Of a stretch of 64,000 nt of DNA, positions 9,040 to 19,675 are shown one piece after another. The first letter of the stretch is position 1. Every line of letters begins with the position of its first letter. Origin of the DNA: Candidatus Latescibacterota bacterium (GTDB taxonomy: Bacteria; Latescibacterota; UBA2968; UBA8231); assembly GCA_965243025.1 (NCBI GenBank), contig CBDETY010000003.1, positions 3,904,001-3,968,000 of the forward strand, in the 5' to 3' direction. The position numbers and the translations under genes are program-made. The notes below the pieces were generated by a model. That model worked only from the letters and a program-made list of their open reading frames with translations. It ran no database searches and was not told where the DNA came from.

Positions 9040-11661
9040 ATGACAGGCTCATCACTCCACCCGGTACCGCCCCGGCGGGGAATCCTTTTCGCCGCCGCGG
9101 CACTCCTGCTCCCCCACGCAGCTTTCCCCCAGGAGGGCCACACGGTCACCGCGACCGAGATCCGCGCCGACCGCGCCTCCCACTGGCGCGCCTGGGACGT
9201 CGTCGGCGGCACCGTCGAGATCGCCCCCGACGGCTCGGTCAGCCCCCGGTTCCTGCGCAAGAACATCAACGCCGCCCTCGACGCCCTCGAGTTCTCCACC
9301 GAGGACACCCAGGGCGGCGTGCTCGTCGGCTCCAACCCCGCCGACGCCAACCTCGTCGTCGACGGCGACATGAGCACGAGCTGGGGCCCGAACCTCGACG
9401 ACCCCCTGGACGACTGGTGGATCGAGCTGCACCTCGGGCGCATCGTCGTGGTGCAGAAGATCGTACTGCGTTTCGCCGACGAGGGGGAAGGCGACCCGTT
9501 CCTGCAGTTCAAGGTCCGTGCCTGGCGCACCCCGACGTCGAGACTGGCGAGCGTCGGGTACCTCGACGGCACCGACGTGCCGAAGTTCTGGGAGCTGGGG
9601 CGGACCTTCAAACCGAACAAGGCGGAGCGGGAGTTCGAGTTCTTCCCCGACCCCGAGTCGCAGAATCCCTTCATTGGATGGGAGTCGCAGATCTCGGCAA
9701 ACGACGCCTTCGTCGGCGACCCCCTCGACCGCATCCAGATCATCATCACCGACTCGGACTTCGACCGCGGCGCGGAGCTGCCCTCGGAAGCGGAATGGAC
9801 AGCGCTCCCCGAGGGGCAGAGGGGGGCGGTCGACCACTACCGCAGCGAGCCGTCCGGCAGGGAGTCGGAGGTGAGCGAGGAGGAGTACTACGATATCGCC
9901 GAAGAGCGCCGCGGCTCCATCCGCTACTACCGGAAGGAGCGGCCGCGGCTGGCCGAGATCGAGGTCTGGACCGCGGGCGACAACATCATTCTCGGGGTCG
10001 TGGAGCGGGGGGGGTTCGTCAGCATGGAGGCGAACGCAGGCGACGCCAAGGACATCGGCGCCACCGCTTCCGACGGACGCTACTCTACCGGTTTCACGGG
10101 AACGATCTTCGGGGGGCTGGTATACGACATCTTCATAGACCTGGGGACCATCTACTGGCTCGACACCCTGCACTTCCTCAACGACGGCAAGAGCGGGTTC
10201 GAGCACATGGCCGTCGACGTCTCCACCGGGCAGAGGGCCCCCGACGGCAGCATCAAGTGGACGAGGGTGGCCGGCAGCGTCGACGACGTGCGCCTGATCC
10301 AGCAGGGGCGCGCCTCGTACAAGTTCCGGGAGTTCCGGATCGATCCGGTCCGCGCCCGCTACATCAGGGCGCCGTTCGGGATGCCGGTGTACACGGGCAC
10401 GCAGTCGACCACGGGAGCCCGCTTCATCACGCTGACGGAGCTGCTGCTCTACGGCGAGGGCTACGTCCCCGAAGTCCTGCTGACATCCGAACTGGTTCTC
10501 CTGGGGGGCACCAGGAACCTCGTCTCCATCGACTGGGACGCCGAAACTCCCCCCGGCACCGGCGTTCAGCTGCAGACCCGGTCGGGCAACAGCCTGGACG
10601 AGGTCCTCACCTACCACGACGCCAACGGCAACGTCGTCACCGAGTCCCGGTACAACAAGCTGCCGAAGTCGAAGAAGGGAGATATCACGAGCTTCTTCAA
10701 ACCGGGAGGAGACTGGAGCCCCTGGAGCACCCCCTACCTGGAGCAGGGGGCGCCGATAAGGTCCCCGAGCCCCCGCCAGTACATGCAGATCAGGGCCGCC
10801 CTGCAGTCCGAGGACCAGTACGCCGCCCCGACCCTGCACGCGGTCACCGTCGACGTCACCGATCCGCTGGCGAGCAGGCTCATCGGCGAGATCTGGCCGG
10901 TCGCCATCGACTCCCTCGGGCGCCCCAGCGACCTGTCGTTCTTCATCCGCCCGTCGTTCACCGTGAGAGGCCAGGGGTTCGACGAGGTGCGCATCGAGGC
11001 GACCGGGGAAACCTCGCTCGAGCTGGTCGGAGCCCTGACCGGAAGCGACGGCGACTTCGAGAACGGGGCCGCCGCCCTCCTTCCCGCCGCCGACTTGGAG
11101 GTAATGGAGTCGGAGCCGGGAACCCTGTGGTTCCGCCTGCCCGAGGCGGTCGGCAGCGGCGTCGATCTCGTCGAGGTCCGCTTCCGCGCCACGCCCTACA
11201 ACACCAGCACTTCGTTCCAGGCCCTCGGGCAGGATTCCGGAACCCCGGGCTTCTGGCAGCGCGTCGACGTCGGCGACGCCACCGAGCTCGTCGACAGCCA
11301 GTCGACGACGGTGCTGGCGATATCCGGCAACCGGGTGCTTCACGATCTCGCCTCCTCGCCGGTACTGACTCCGAACGGAGACGGCCTCAACGACGAGGCC
11401 ACCTTCGAGTTCAGCATCTCCCGCATCAGCTCCGGGGAGGCGGTGTCGCTGAGGATCTACGACCTGTCCGGCGGTCTCGTCGGCGAGTTCTCGGAGGAGC
11501 GCCAGGACCCGCGGGGAAGCTGGGAGATGGCCTGGAACGGACGCGACGTCAGCGGCAACCTCGTGCCCCCCGGGATCTACATCGCCTCGGTGGAGGTGGC
11601 GGCCCAGTCCGCCTCGGCCACCGGCACCACGGCGCAGCGGCTCCTCCACGTCGCCTACTGA
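9040..11661 (+). CDS. Large secreted protein with discoidin-like regions and C-terminal FlgD Ig-like domain
   Basis: Signal peptide; VVDGDMSTSW/WWIELHLG discoidin-like segment; LTPNGDGLND...WNGRDVSGNLVPPGIY tail. Confidence 0.85.
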   Translation: MTGSSLHPVPPRRGILFAAAALLLPHAAFPQEGHTVTATEIRADRASHWRAWDVVGGTVEIAPDGSVSPRFLRKNINAALDALEFSTEDTQGGVLVGSNPADANLVVDGDMSTSWGPNLDDPLDDWWIELHLGRIVVVQKIVLRFADEGEGDPFLQFKVRAWRTPTSRLASVGYLDGTDVPKFWELGRTFKPNKAEREFEFFPDPESQNPFIGWESQISANDAFVGDPLDRIQIIITDSDFDRGAELPSEAEWTALPEGQRGAVDHYRSEPSGRESEVSEEEYYDIAEERRGSIRYYRKERPRLAEIEVWTAGDNIILGVVERGGFVSMEANAGDAKDIGATASDGRYSTGFTGTIFGGLVYDIFIDLGTIYWLDTLHFLNDGKSGFEHMAVDVSTGQRAPDGSIKWTRVAGSVDDVRLIQQGRASYKFREFRIDPVRARYIRAPFGMPVYTGTQSTTGARFITLTELLLYGEGYVPEVLLTSELVLLGGTRNLVSIDWDAETPPGTGVQLQTRSGNSLDEVLTYHDANGNVVTESRYNKLPKSKKGDITSFFKPGGDWSPWSTPYLEQGAPIRSPSPRQYMQIRAALQSEDQYAAPTLHAVTVDVTDPLASRLIGEIWPVAIDSLGRPSDLSFFIRPSFTVRGQGFDEVRIEATGETSLELVGALTGSDGDFENGAAALLPAADLEVMESEPGTLWFRLPEAVGSGVDLVEVRFRATPYNTSTSFQALGQDSGTPGFWQRVDVGDATELVDSQSTTVLAISGNRVLHDLASSPVLTPNGDGLNDEATFEFSISRISSGEAVSLRIYDLSGGLVGEFSEERQDPRGSWEMAWNGRDVSGNLVPPGIYIASVEVAAQSASATGTTAQRLLHVAY

Positions 11662-11681
11662 CCCGCCGGCCCCCCGGGACA

Positions 11682-13364
11682 TTGCGGTTGAGGACGGCTC
11701 CCGGCCCTGCACGCCCCCTGCCCCGCGGGGCGCTGGTGGGGCTGCTGGCTGCGTTGGCCTGCTCCCCCGACGGGCCGGAACCCCCTGAATCCCCTCCCCT
11801 TCTGTTTGCGGAGACAACCGCGGAAGCCGGGCTCCCCGCACCGGCCCGGGTCCCGGACGGCACCTGGTTCCTTCCCGAGATCATGGGGGGCGGCGTCGCC
11901 CTCTTCGACGCCGACGGCGACGGCGACCTCGACCTGCTGCACGCCCGCGCTCCCGCCCCAGGCCGTCCCCAAGACCCGGCCCCGAACCGCTACTACCGGC
12001 AGGAGGGGGACGGCCGCTTCACCGAGGCGGGAGCCGCGGCGGGCCTCGACGATCCCGGATACGGCCAGGGGGTCGCGGTCGGCGACGTCGACAACGACGG
12101 GCATCCCGACCTTTTCGCCGCCAACTACGGCCCCGACGCCCTCTACCGGAACCGCGGGGACGGCACCTTCGCCCCCACCGACTCCGCCCCCTTCGCCGCG
12201 GACCGCTGGAGCACCTCGGCCGCCTTCGTCGACTACGACCGCGACGGCGACCTCGACCTCTTCGCCGTGCACTACGTCGAGTACTACCCCGGCGTCGTCT
12301 GCCGCTCCCCGAACGGCGTCGACTACTGCCCCCCGGGCAAGTTCCCCGGCGTGCGCGACGCCCTGTTCCGCAACGATGCCGGTGTCTTCGCCGACGTCTC
12401 CGGGGCCGCGGGGGTGAACGCCCCGGCCCGGGGACTGGGTGTCGCCTGCGCCGACCTGACCGGCGACGGCCGGGTCGACATCTACGTCGCCAACGACGGC
12501 GAGGCCAACCAGCTCTGGATCGCGCAGGGGGACGGCACCTTCCTCGACGAAGCGGTGATGCGGGGGGCCGGGTTCAACGGCAACGGCAAGCCGGAGGGGA
12601 GCATGGGAGTGGCGATCGCCGACGCCGACGGGGACGGCCGCCTCGACCTGGCGATGACGAACCTGTGGAACGAGAGCAACACCTTGTTCGCGGGGACCGG
12701 AGGGGGGCTCTTCAGCGACGCCTCCGGCCGCTCCGGGATGGCCGCTGTCGACCTGCCCCTCACCGGCTTCGGCTGCGGCTTCTTCGACTACGACCACGAC
12801 GGCGACCTCGACTTCGCCGTCGTCAACGGCCGCGTGCAGGGCTGGCCGCCGCTGCCGGCGGCCGGGGCGGACGATTTCTGGAGCAGCTACGCCGAGTCGA
12901 ACCTGCTGTTCGAGAACGACGGCCGCGGCCGCTTCGCGAGCGCCGGCGGACGGGCGGGCACCTTCTCCTCCCTGCCGGGGATGCACCGCGGCCTCGCCTT
13001 CGGCGACCTCGACCGCGACGGCGACCTCGATCTGGCGGTCGGCGGCCTCTGGCAGGTCAGGCTGTTCCGCAACGACGCCCCCGCGGCCGGCAACCGCTGG
13101 CTCTCGGTGCGCGCCGTGACCGGCAACAGGGACGCCATCGGGGCCGAGGTCGTCGTCTCCGCGGGCGGCAGGAAGCAGCGGCGCCTCGTCGCCGCCGGGT
13201 ACAGCTACGCGAGCAGCAGCTCTCCGCGCGCCCATTTCGGCCTCGGAACGGCGGGTTGCGATTCCGTCGAGGTCCTGTGGCCGGACGGCAGCCGGGAGCG
13301 CTTCGCCATCGCCGGCGTCGACCGCGCCGTGACCGTGCGGCAGGGGGAAGGGGCGGCGCCGTGA
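11682..13364 (+). CDS. CRTAC1 family (FG-GAP/VCBS repeats + ASPIC/UnbV) lipoprotein
   Basis: Multiple DxDxDGDLD repeats; NRDAIGAEV...GYSYASSS..RAHFGLG; LALAC lipobox; TTG start inferred. Confidence 0.9.
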   Translation: MRLRTAPGPARPLPRGALVGLLAALACSPDGPEPPESPPLLFAETTAEAGLPAPARVPDGTWFLPEIMGGGVALFDADGDGDLDLLHARAPAPGRPQDPAPNRYYRQEGDGRFTEAGAAAGLDDPGYGQGVAVGDVDNDGHPDLFAANYGPDALYRNRGDGTFAPTDSAPFAADRWSTSAAFVDYDRDGDLDLFAVHYVEYYPGVVCRSPNGVDYCPPGKFPGVRDALFRNDAGVFADVSGAAGVNAPARGLGVACADLTGDGRVDIYVANDGEANQLWIAQGDGTFLDEAVMRGAGFNGNGKPEGSMGVAIADADGDGRLDLAMTNLWNESNTLFAGTGGGLFSDASGRSGMAAVDLPLTGFGCGFFDYDHDGDLDFAVVNGRVQGWPPLPAAGADDFWSSYAESNLLFENDGRGRFASAGGRAGTFSSLPGMHRGLAFGDLDRDGDLDLAVGGLWQVRLFRNDAPAAGNRWLSVRAVTGNRDAIGAEVVVSAGGRKQRRLVAAGYSYASSSSPRAHFGLGTAGCDSVEVLWPDGSRERFAIAGVDRAVTVRQGEGAAP

Positions 13365-14626
13365 GGATCCCCCTCCTCTCGGCGCTTGTCCTTTCGGCGC
13401 CGGTCATTGCCGGCCTCGGCTGCGGCGGCCGGAACCCGGAGCAAGTCCCGCTTCCCGACCTGACCCAGATCGCCGACGAGCGGCTGCTGGCCGCCGTCCG
13501 GGAAGCGCGGGCCGCGGTCGAAGGGGACCCTGGCCCGGCGGCCGCCTGGGGACGGCTCGGCCACATCTGCCTCGCCCACGGCTGGCCGCAGGAGGCGTCC
13601 GAGTGTTATCGGCAAGCGGCTTCGCGGGAAGCGGGGGCATCGCGGTGGCTCTACTTCCTGGGGCGCGCCCTCTACCAGGTCGATGCCGCCGGCGCGGCCG
13701 ATGCCTTTGCCCTGGCGGTATCTCTCGAGGCCGGCGGCGCCCCGGTCCCCTACTACGTCCACGGCGCCCGCGCCCTCCGGAACCTCGGCCGCACCGACGA
13801 GGCCCTGGCCCTTCTCGAAGGCGGGCGTGAACACCATCAACGCAGCTCCTCGCTCGAGCTCGCCCTCGGGCAGGTCCACCTGGAGGCGGGCCGCTACGGC
13901 GAGGCGCGGCGTCACCTCGAAAGCGCGCTGGCCCTCGACCCCGAACGCGGCGAGACCCATACCGCTTTGTCGCAGGTGCACATGGCTGCGGGGAACCGCG
14001 GCGAAGCCGCCCGCCACGCCCGGCTCGGGGTGCGCCACTTCGAGCAGGGGAGCATGCCGGATCCGCTGTTCGCCGAGGTTGCCCGGGCCGGGGTCAGCTC
14101 CTTCTGGATGCACCGCCGCGGCAAGAAGCGGCTGCAGGAAGGGGATTTCGCCGGCGCCCTCGAGGAGTACTCGCGGGCGGTCGCGGCCGGGGAAAGCGAT
14201 CCGATGATCTGGAACGGGTACGGCAGCGCCCTGCTCGGGGTCGGACGCCACGAGGAAGGAGTCGCCGCCCTGGAGCGCGCCCTCGAAGCGGCGCAGAGCG
14301 GCTCGGGGGACGGCGACCTTGCCCCGGACAACATGCGCCTGATCCACACCAACCTCGGCCACGCCCTGGCGGCCAGCGGCGACCTCGACCGCGCCGGGCA
14401 TCACCTGCGCGCCGCCCTGAGGCTCGACCCGGCCTCGGTCACGGCGGCCTACAACCTCGCCCTCCTGCATTTCCGCCGGAAGCAACCGGAGCTGGGGCTC
14501 GAGGCGCTTTCCGGAGTTCCGGACCTCGAAAGCCAGCCCGAGGCGGCGCGGCTGCGCGCCCGGCTGCGAGCCGCCGCCGGGCGCCCCGATCAGCTGTCCC
14601 CCGGCGAGGGCGGGGAGAACCGGTAG
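13361..14626 (+). CDS. Tetratricopeptide repeat lipoprotein
   Basis: GTG start overlaps upstream stop; TPR consensus (AWGRLG, YFLGRAL, NLGHALA, AYNLA). Confidence 0.85.
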   Translation: MRIPLLSALVLSAPVIAGLGCGGRNPEQVPLPDLTQIADERLLAAVREARAAVEGDPGPAAAWGRLGHICLAHGWPQEASECYRQAASREAGASRWLYFLGRALYQVDAAGAADAFALAVSLEAGGAPVPYYVHGARALRNLGRTDEALALLEGGREHHQRSSSLELALGQVHLEAGRYGEARRHLESALALDPERGETHTALSQVHMAAGNRGEAARHARLGVRHFEQGSMPDPLFAEVARAGVSSFWMHRRGKKRLQEGDFAGALEEYSRAVAAGESDPMIWNGYGSALLGVGRHEEGVAALERALEAAQSGSGDGDLAPDNMRLIHTNLGHALAASGDLDRAGHHLRAALRLDPASVTAAYNLALLHFRRKQPELGLEALSGVPDLESQPEAARLRARLRAAAGRPDQLSPGEGGENR

Positions 14627-16302
14627 ACCCGCACCTCCTCCGTCTCGAACAGCAGCTCCAGGGCTCCCATCCTCCGCAGCAGCCCGCGCAGCGCCGGAGA
14701 GGCGCGGTCGAGATCGACCAGCAGGTAGCGGGTGCCCCGCGCCCGCAGATAGTCGATGTCTGCCGCGGTCGGCTTCCGCAGCCTGCGCCTGAACTCGCGG
14801 TGATGGTCGGGGAAGTACCCCGAGAAGCCGTTCAGGAGCGGCTTCTCGAACTCCAGCCCCCGCAGCATGGCAAGCAGCACCGGCTCGAAATGAGCCGCCC
14901 GTCCGCTCGGTGAGGGGGGCAGCAAGGCCACCGGCCCGGGCGGCAGCTCCCGCAGCCGCACCATCCAGCCCGGAGAGTACACCTCTTCCCTCCCCGGGCT
15001 GAAGCGCTGGAGCGGCGGCAGCACCTCGGCCAGGGCGAGGGCAACCAATGCGGCGGCGAGGACGCGGCCGGCGCGGCCCTTCCGGTCCCAGAGGAGCTGG
15101 AGACCGATGGCGGCCAGGGCCAGCAGCCCCACCTGCATGAAGGCGGCGAGGCGGAAGGAGCTGCGCATCTGGGAGAACCCCGGATAGACCTGGCGCAGCC
15201 ACTCGTAGGGGGAGAACCCGAACAGGCCCACCCGCGGCCCGAAGCTCAGCAGGAAGGCCAGCGCCGAGAACGCAGCGAAGCAGAGGACGAGCCGGCGGCG
15301 GCGGCCCGCTTTCAGGGAAAGCGCTGCCCCGGCGAGGGCCAGCAGCGACAGCGCCGTCCCGGGGTAGAGCCGCTGCGGCGCCGCGGAGCGGTCGCCGAAC
15401 TCCTCGCCCCCGAGCCAGGGGACCAGCCCCGCGGCGCCGGCCCGGGAGCGCAGCTTCAGGAAGTGCTCCGGCACGGCGCTGCCGATGGCGAGCGCCGCCT
15501 CGTTGCGGCTGAACTCCCGGGTCGACTCCAGCTGGCCCGGCAGCACCGGGGCCAGCAGCAGCAGACAGACCGCCGCGGCCGCGGCGGCTCTCTTCGCATT
15601 CGCCGCGGTGAGCTGGTCCCTGCCGACCAGCAGCGCCCCCGCCAGCAGCAGGAAAAGGGACAGGTAGACCCCGAAGTAGTTGGAGGTGAGGTATGCCGCC
15701 GCCGCCCACAGACCCAGCACCACCGCCCGGCCGTAGCCCGGCGATTGCAGAAACCGGACCAGGGCGGCCACGGCGAAGAGGACGGGGAACAGCACCGTCA
15801 TCTGGATCACCCCGAGCTCGTTCGAAACCCACGGCAGGCCGACCGCGAGCAGGCCGGACAGCAGCGCCGGGGCGCGTCCGGCTCCGAGGGCCGCGGCCAG
15901 GTGAGCGGCGGCGGCCCCGTTGAGCGCGAGGATGGCGAGCAGGCAGAGGTTGTAGGAGAGGAAGGGGTTCGAGGTCGCCAGGCGCAGGATCGCGAACAGG
16001 AGGCCGGTGGCCGGCATCGGATCCGACAGGCCGAAGGCAGCTTCCTGCGGGTGGAAGACCGGCGCGTCCCAGTAGCCGGAGAACAGGTGGGCGGCGCGGT
16101 CGGCGTTCCAGTTCAGGGTCCAGAGGTTGAACAGCGGCAGCGTCGCCGAAGACTCGCTGCCCAGGGGCAGACGCGACCCCACCTCAAGCAGGAGCGGCCA
16201 GGTGAACAGGACGGCGAGCCCCAGGTAGAGAACGGGCGCCGCGATTCCCCGCGCGGTCCTGCCCGCGGCCGTCCTGATCTCTCCTGAGAGGCCGGGCGGC
16301 AC
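14590..16302 (-). CDS. Multi-pass membrane protein, GT-C/YfhO-like putative glycosyltransferase
   Basis: Many hydrophobic helices; NLWTLNWN, WDAPVFHP, NGFSGYFP motifs; lies in a glycosylation gene cluster. Confidence 0.65.
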   Translation of the reverse strand: MPPGLSGEIRTAAGRTARGIAAPVLYLGLAVLFTWPLLLEVGSRLPLGSESSATLPLFNLWTLNWNADRAAHLFSGYWDAPVFHPQEAAFGLSDPMPATGLLFAILRLATSNPFLSYNLCLLAILALNGAAAAHLAAALGAGRAPALLSGLLAVGLPWVSNELGVIQMTVLFPVLFAVAALVRFLQSPGYGRAVVLGLWAAAAYLTSNYFGVYLSLFLLLAGALLVGRDQLTAANAKRAAAAAAVCLLLLAPVLPGQLESTREFSRNEAALAIGSAVPEHFLKLRSRAGAAGLVPWLGGEEFGDRSAAPQRLYPGTALSLLALAGAALSLKAGRRRRLVLCFAAFSALAFLLSFGPRVGLFGFSPYEWLRQVYPGFSQMRSSFRLAAFMQVGLLALAAIGLQLLWDRKGRAGRVLAAALVALALAEVLPPLQRFSPGREEVYSPGWMVRLRELPPGPVALLPPSPSGRAAHFEPVLLAMLRGLEFEKPLLNGFSGYFPDHHREFRRRLRKPTAADIDYLRARGTRYLLVDLDRASPALRGLLRRMGALELLFETEEVRVYRFSPPSPGDS

Positions 16303-16305
16303 CGG

Positions 16306-17247
16306 TTACCCCCGCGGCTGCGACCGGTACCAGTCGATGGTCCTGCGCAGGCCCTCCTCGAGACCGACGGAGGCTCTGAAGCCGAAAGCCCGGGCCGCTC
16401 TCGAGGTGTCGACCCTGCGCCGCAGTTGGCCGTTGGGGCGGCTGGTGTCCCAGACGACCTCGCCGCGGTACCCGATCATCTCGCACAGCATCCCGGCCAG
16501 ATCCGCAATGGAGATCTCCCTGCCGCTGCCGAGGTTCACCGGCTCCGGCCCGTCGAACTTCTCCGCGGCGAGCAGGATTCCCTCGGCGGCGTCCTCGACG
16601 AACAGGAACTCCCGGGTCGGGGTGCCGTCCCCCCAGAAGACGACCCTTTCCTCCCCGGCTTCCTCCGCCTCGGCGATCTTCCGAATCATCGCCGGGATCA
16701 CGTGCGAGGAGGCGAGGTCGAAGTTGTCCCCGGGGCCGTACAGGTTGGTCGGCAGCAGGTAGACGGCGTTGGTGCCGTACTCCTGGCGGTAGGCCCGGGC
16801 CTGCACGAGGAGCATCTTCTTAGCCAGGCCGTACGGGGCGTTGGTCTCCTCGGGGTAGCCGTTCCAGAGATCCTCCTCGGCAAACGGCACAGGCGTGTTC
16901 GCGGGGTAGGCGCAGATCGTGCCGACGGCGACGAACTTCGCGATCCCGAAGCGCCGCGCCTGCTCCATCAGCTGCACCCCCATCATCAGGTTGTCGTAGA
17001 AGAAGGAGCCGGGGCTCGCCTGGTTGGCCCCTATGCCCCCAACGGTCGCCGCCAGGTGAATGACCATGTCGGCGCGCGACTCCTCGCAGAGGCGCACGAC
17101 ATCCTCCTCGCGCCGCAGGTCGTACTGCCGGGAGCGCGGCACGACGACCTCGCCGCAGTCCCGCCCGGCGAGCCGGGCGACGACGCGGGACCCGAGGAAA
17201 CCGGCGCCGCCGGTAACGATCACCCGCTGCGATTGCCAGAAACTCAC
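16306..17247 (-). CDS. fcl: GDP-L-fucose synthase
   Basis: [54 protein letters not shown]. Confidence 0.92.
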   Translation of the reverse strand: MSFWQSQRVIVTGGAGFLGSRVVARLAGRDCGEVVVPRSRQYDLRREEDVVRLCEESRADMVIHLAATVGGIGANQASPGSFFYDNLMMGVQLMEQARRFGIAKFVAVGTICAYPANTPVPFAEEDLWNGYPEETNAPYGLAKKMLLVQARAYRQEYGTNAVYLLPTNLYGPGDNFDLASSHVIPAMIRKIAEAEEAGEERVVFWGDGTPTREFLFVEDAAEGILLAAEKFDGPEPVNLGSGREISIADLAGMLCEMIGYRGEVVWDTSRPNGQLRRRVDTSRAARAFGFRASVGLEEGLRRTIDWYRSQPRG

Positions 17248-17267
17248 GCTTCCTCCCAGTGTCCCGC

Positions 17268-18887
17268 CTATCTGCCGGGTACGCGGTATATCGTCAAACC
17301 GGGCCCCGGCCGGACCACGGCGCCGAACCCGGCCACCGGGATGTAGAAGGCATCGGCGGCGTCGAACACCGCCTCCTGCGACCTGCCCTCGACGAACGGG
17401 CTGAACCTCCTGACCACGGTGCCTTCCCTTTCGAGCAGATCGCCGACCGCCGGCGGCGGCTGCGGCGAATAGGCGGAGATGGGGTGGCTGTCGACGACGA
17501 ACCAGGCCGGGGCCAAACGCCGCGGATTCCGCGCCCTCGCGTCCCGGTAGCGGGTGAAACTGACGTACGCCCCCGGCCCCGGCAATTGGGGCCGGGCGTA
17601 CTTCAGGCGGCCGCGGGCGACGAGAACGTCCCCTTCCGGGACGTTGGCCTCGATCCACTCGCGGGCGAGCTGCCGTGTGTCGACCCGGCCGGCGATGCGG
17701 TTGAAGCAGACGGTGCGCCAGGCCGGCTCCGCCGCGGCCAGCAGGACGACCGCGGCGGCCGCTGCGAGACTCCAGCGCGTGCCGAAAACCCCCTGGCAGG
17801 CTGCGAGCGCCGCATTGGCGGCCAGCAGGCAGAGCACCGGCATCGGCAGCGCCATGTAGCGGAAGAACAGCACCACCGTGAGGCAGTACGCGGCCAGCAC
17901 CGTCCCCGCAAACGCCAGCAGCAGCAGCGCCGCGTCCCCACCGGGCCTGCGGCCTGCCGCCAGGTAGAGCGCGTACCCGGCGCCGGCGGCTGCCAGGGCG
18001 GTGAGGAGATACCCGGCGCCGTAGCGAAGCCCGAAGCCGAAGATCCAGGGCAGGCCGGCGCTCAGCTCCCCGACGGGCAGGCCTTCCCCGCGCAGCAGCT
18101 CCCCGGTGATGAAGGTCGACACGTCCTCCCGGAACCGGCCGCTGTTGAGGAGCACGTAAGGGGAGGTGCAGGCGAAGGCGGCGAAGGCGGCGGCCAACCC
18201 CGCCAGGGGCCGGTCGAGCAGCAGCGGGCGGGCCCACTCCCCGCGCCGTTCGCGGAGGGCGAACAGGTGGGCGGCCAGGCAGGGCACCGCGAGCACCGCG
18301 GCGGTGTATTTCGTAGACACCGCCAGTCCGGCGAGCCCGCCGGCGAGCAGGTAGTCGCGCCGGCGGGCGCGGCGCGCCAGGGGCAGCAGGCGCCACAGGA
18401 CCAGGGTGGCCAGCAGCGCCGCGGGCACGTCGGTGGTGGCGAAGTGGGACTCCCTGGCGTGCGAGAAGTTGAGGGCGAGAAGCATGGCCCCGAGAAGACC
18501 GGCGCCGCGGCCGAAGGCATCCCGTCCCAGCAGGTAGGCGGCGAAAACGCCGGCGACCCCGAGGGCGGCGGTGGTGAGCCGGCCGGTCAGGTAGACGGGG
18601 ACGGCCTCGCGGGCGGCGGCGAAAGCGGCGAAGCTCATCCCGCCGAAGAGGCCGAACAGCTCCCCCAGGTTCTGCACGGCCCCGAGTACGAGGGAGGTCG
18701 CGTAGATGTAGAGGGAGGGGTAGACGTAGAACCCGGGGTCGAGCTGCCCCTGCAGGACGCGGAACGCCTTGAGGACGATGTACCCCTCGTCCGGCCGGTA
18801 GCGGCCGGGAAAGCCGAAGTCGATCGACCACAGCCGCAGGGCCGCGGCGGCAACGAGCACCGCGGCGAGGATCCAGCGCTCGCGCAT
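17268..18887 (-). CDS. ArnT/PMT-like (GT39/GT83) membrane glycosyltransferase
   Basis: LRLWSIDFG...[12 protein letters not shown] and GLAVSTKY motifs; multiple TM helices. Confidence 0.85.
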   Translation of the reverse strand: MRERWILAAVLVAAAALRLWSIDFGFPGRYRPDEGYIVLKAFRVLQGQLDPGFYVYPSLYIYATSLVLGAVQNLGELFGLFGGMSFAAFAAAREAVPVYLTGRLTTAALGVAGVFAAYLLGRDAFGRGAGLLGAMLLALNFSHARESHFATTDVPAALLATLVLWRLLPLARRARRRDYLLAGGLAGLAVSTKYTAAVLAVPCLAAHLFALRERRGEWARPLLLDRPLAGLAAAFAAFACTSPYVLLNSGRFREDVSTFITGELLRGEGLPVGELSAGLPWIFGFGLRYGAGYLLTALAAAGAGYALYLAAGRRPGGDAALLLLAFAGTVLAAYCLTVVLFFRYMALPMPVLCLLAANAALAACQGVFGTRWSLAAAAAVVLLAAAEPAWRTVCFNRIAGRVDTRQLAREWIEANVPEGDVLVARGRLKYARPQLPGPGAYVSFTRYRDARARNPRRLAPAWFVVDSHPISAYSPQPPPAVGDLLEREGTVVRRFSPFVEGRSQEAVFDAADAFYIPVAGFGAVVRPGPGLTIYRVPGR

Positions 18888-19675
18888 CAGCCGGCCCCGG
18901 CCCGGAGGAGGCGGATGCGGGCGAACATCGCGGTGGCCCCGGCGGCGAACCCGAGCGCGCGCTCGACGCCGCTCCAGAAACCGAAGCTCCATCCCGGCAT
19001 GAGCTGGCGCAGCGACAGCCCCCCTGACAGCAGGTAGCGGAACGGCATGTACGGCTCGACCCGGTCGAGCCGCCACTCGGGGAAGCCGCTCTCGAAATGG
19101 GCCCTGTCTCTCGCGAAGACGATCCAGGGGAGGGCGGAGTTGGCTCCCGTCATCGGGCCTGTGCCCGGAGTTTCCCACTCCCGGGCATGCACGTCGATCT
19201 CTTCGTGGTGGAACCTGCCGTAGATGAACCGCGACCAGGGGGTGCACCAGGGCTCGATCATGACTACCGCCCCCCCGGGCCTGACGCAGCGGGCCGCCTC
19301 GGCGAGGAAGCGGCGCGGTTCCGGCAGGTGGTGGAAGACGTTGGTCATGGCGATCCCCCGCAGTACCCCGCCGGCGAACGGCAGGCGCTGCCCGTCGAGC
19401 ACGAGGTCGAGGCTGTCTGAAAAAACCAGGTCGGAGCTGAAGCAGCCGCGGGTGCGGTCCTCCAGCAGTCCGCCGGCGCCGGCACCCAGTTCGATGACGG
19501 CGCCTGGCCCCTCGGGAATCGAGGCGCCCAGCCACTCCCCCCACTCGGCGTATACGCGCCGCAGGAAGGGCTTGGCCTCGATCAGCTTGCGGTGCGCCCC
19601 GGCGCGGCCGGGAGCGTCGAGGTCGAGGCCCCGCACCGCGGGTTCGGCGAGCAGCCGGCGCAGGGCGGAGATCAC
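18887..19675 (-). CDS. Class I SAM-dependent methyltransferase
   Basis: [28 protein letters not shown]; GTG start inferred. Confidence 0.85.
   Translation of the reverse strand: MISALRRLLAEPAVRGLDLDAPGRAGAHRKLIEAKPFLRRVYAEWGEWLGASIPEGPGAVIELGAGAGGLLEDRTRGCFSSDLVFSDSLDLVLDGQRLPFAGGVLRGIAMTNVFHHLPEPRRFLAEAARCVRPGGAVVMIEPWCTPWSRFIYGRFHHEEIDVHAREWETPGTGPMTGANSALPWIVFARDRAHFESGFPEWRLDRVEPYMPFRYLLSGGLSLRQLMPGWSFGFWSGVERALGFAAGATAMFARIRLLRAGAG

Noticed and set aside
8832-11841. Very long overlapping or antisense ORFs (here and at 4002-6002, 30822-32939, 39060-41498)
   Set aside because: Shadow ORFs expected from high GC3 codon bias; Arg/Pro/Gly-rich with no motifs.
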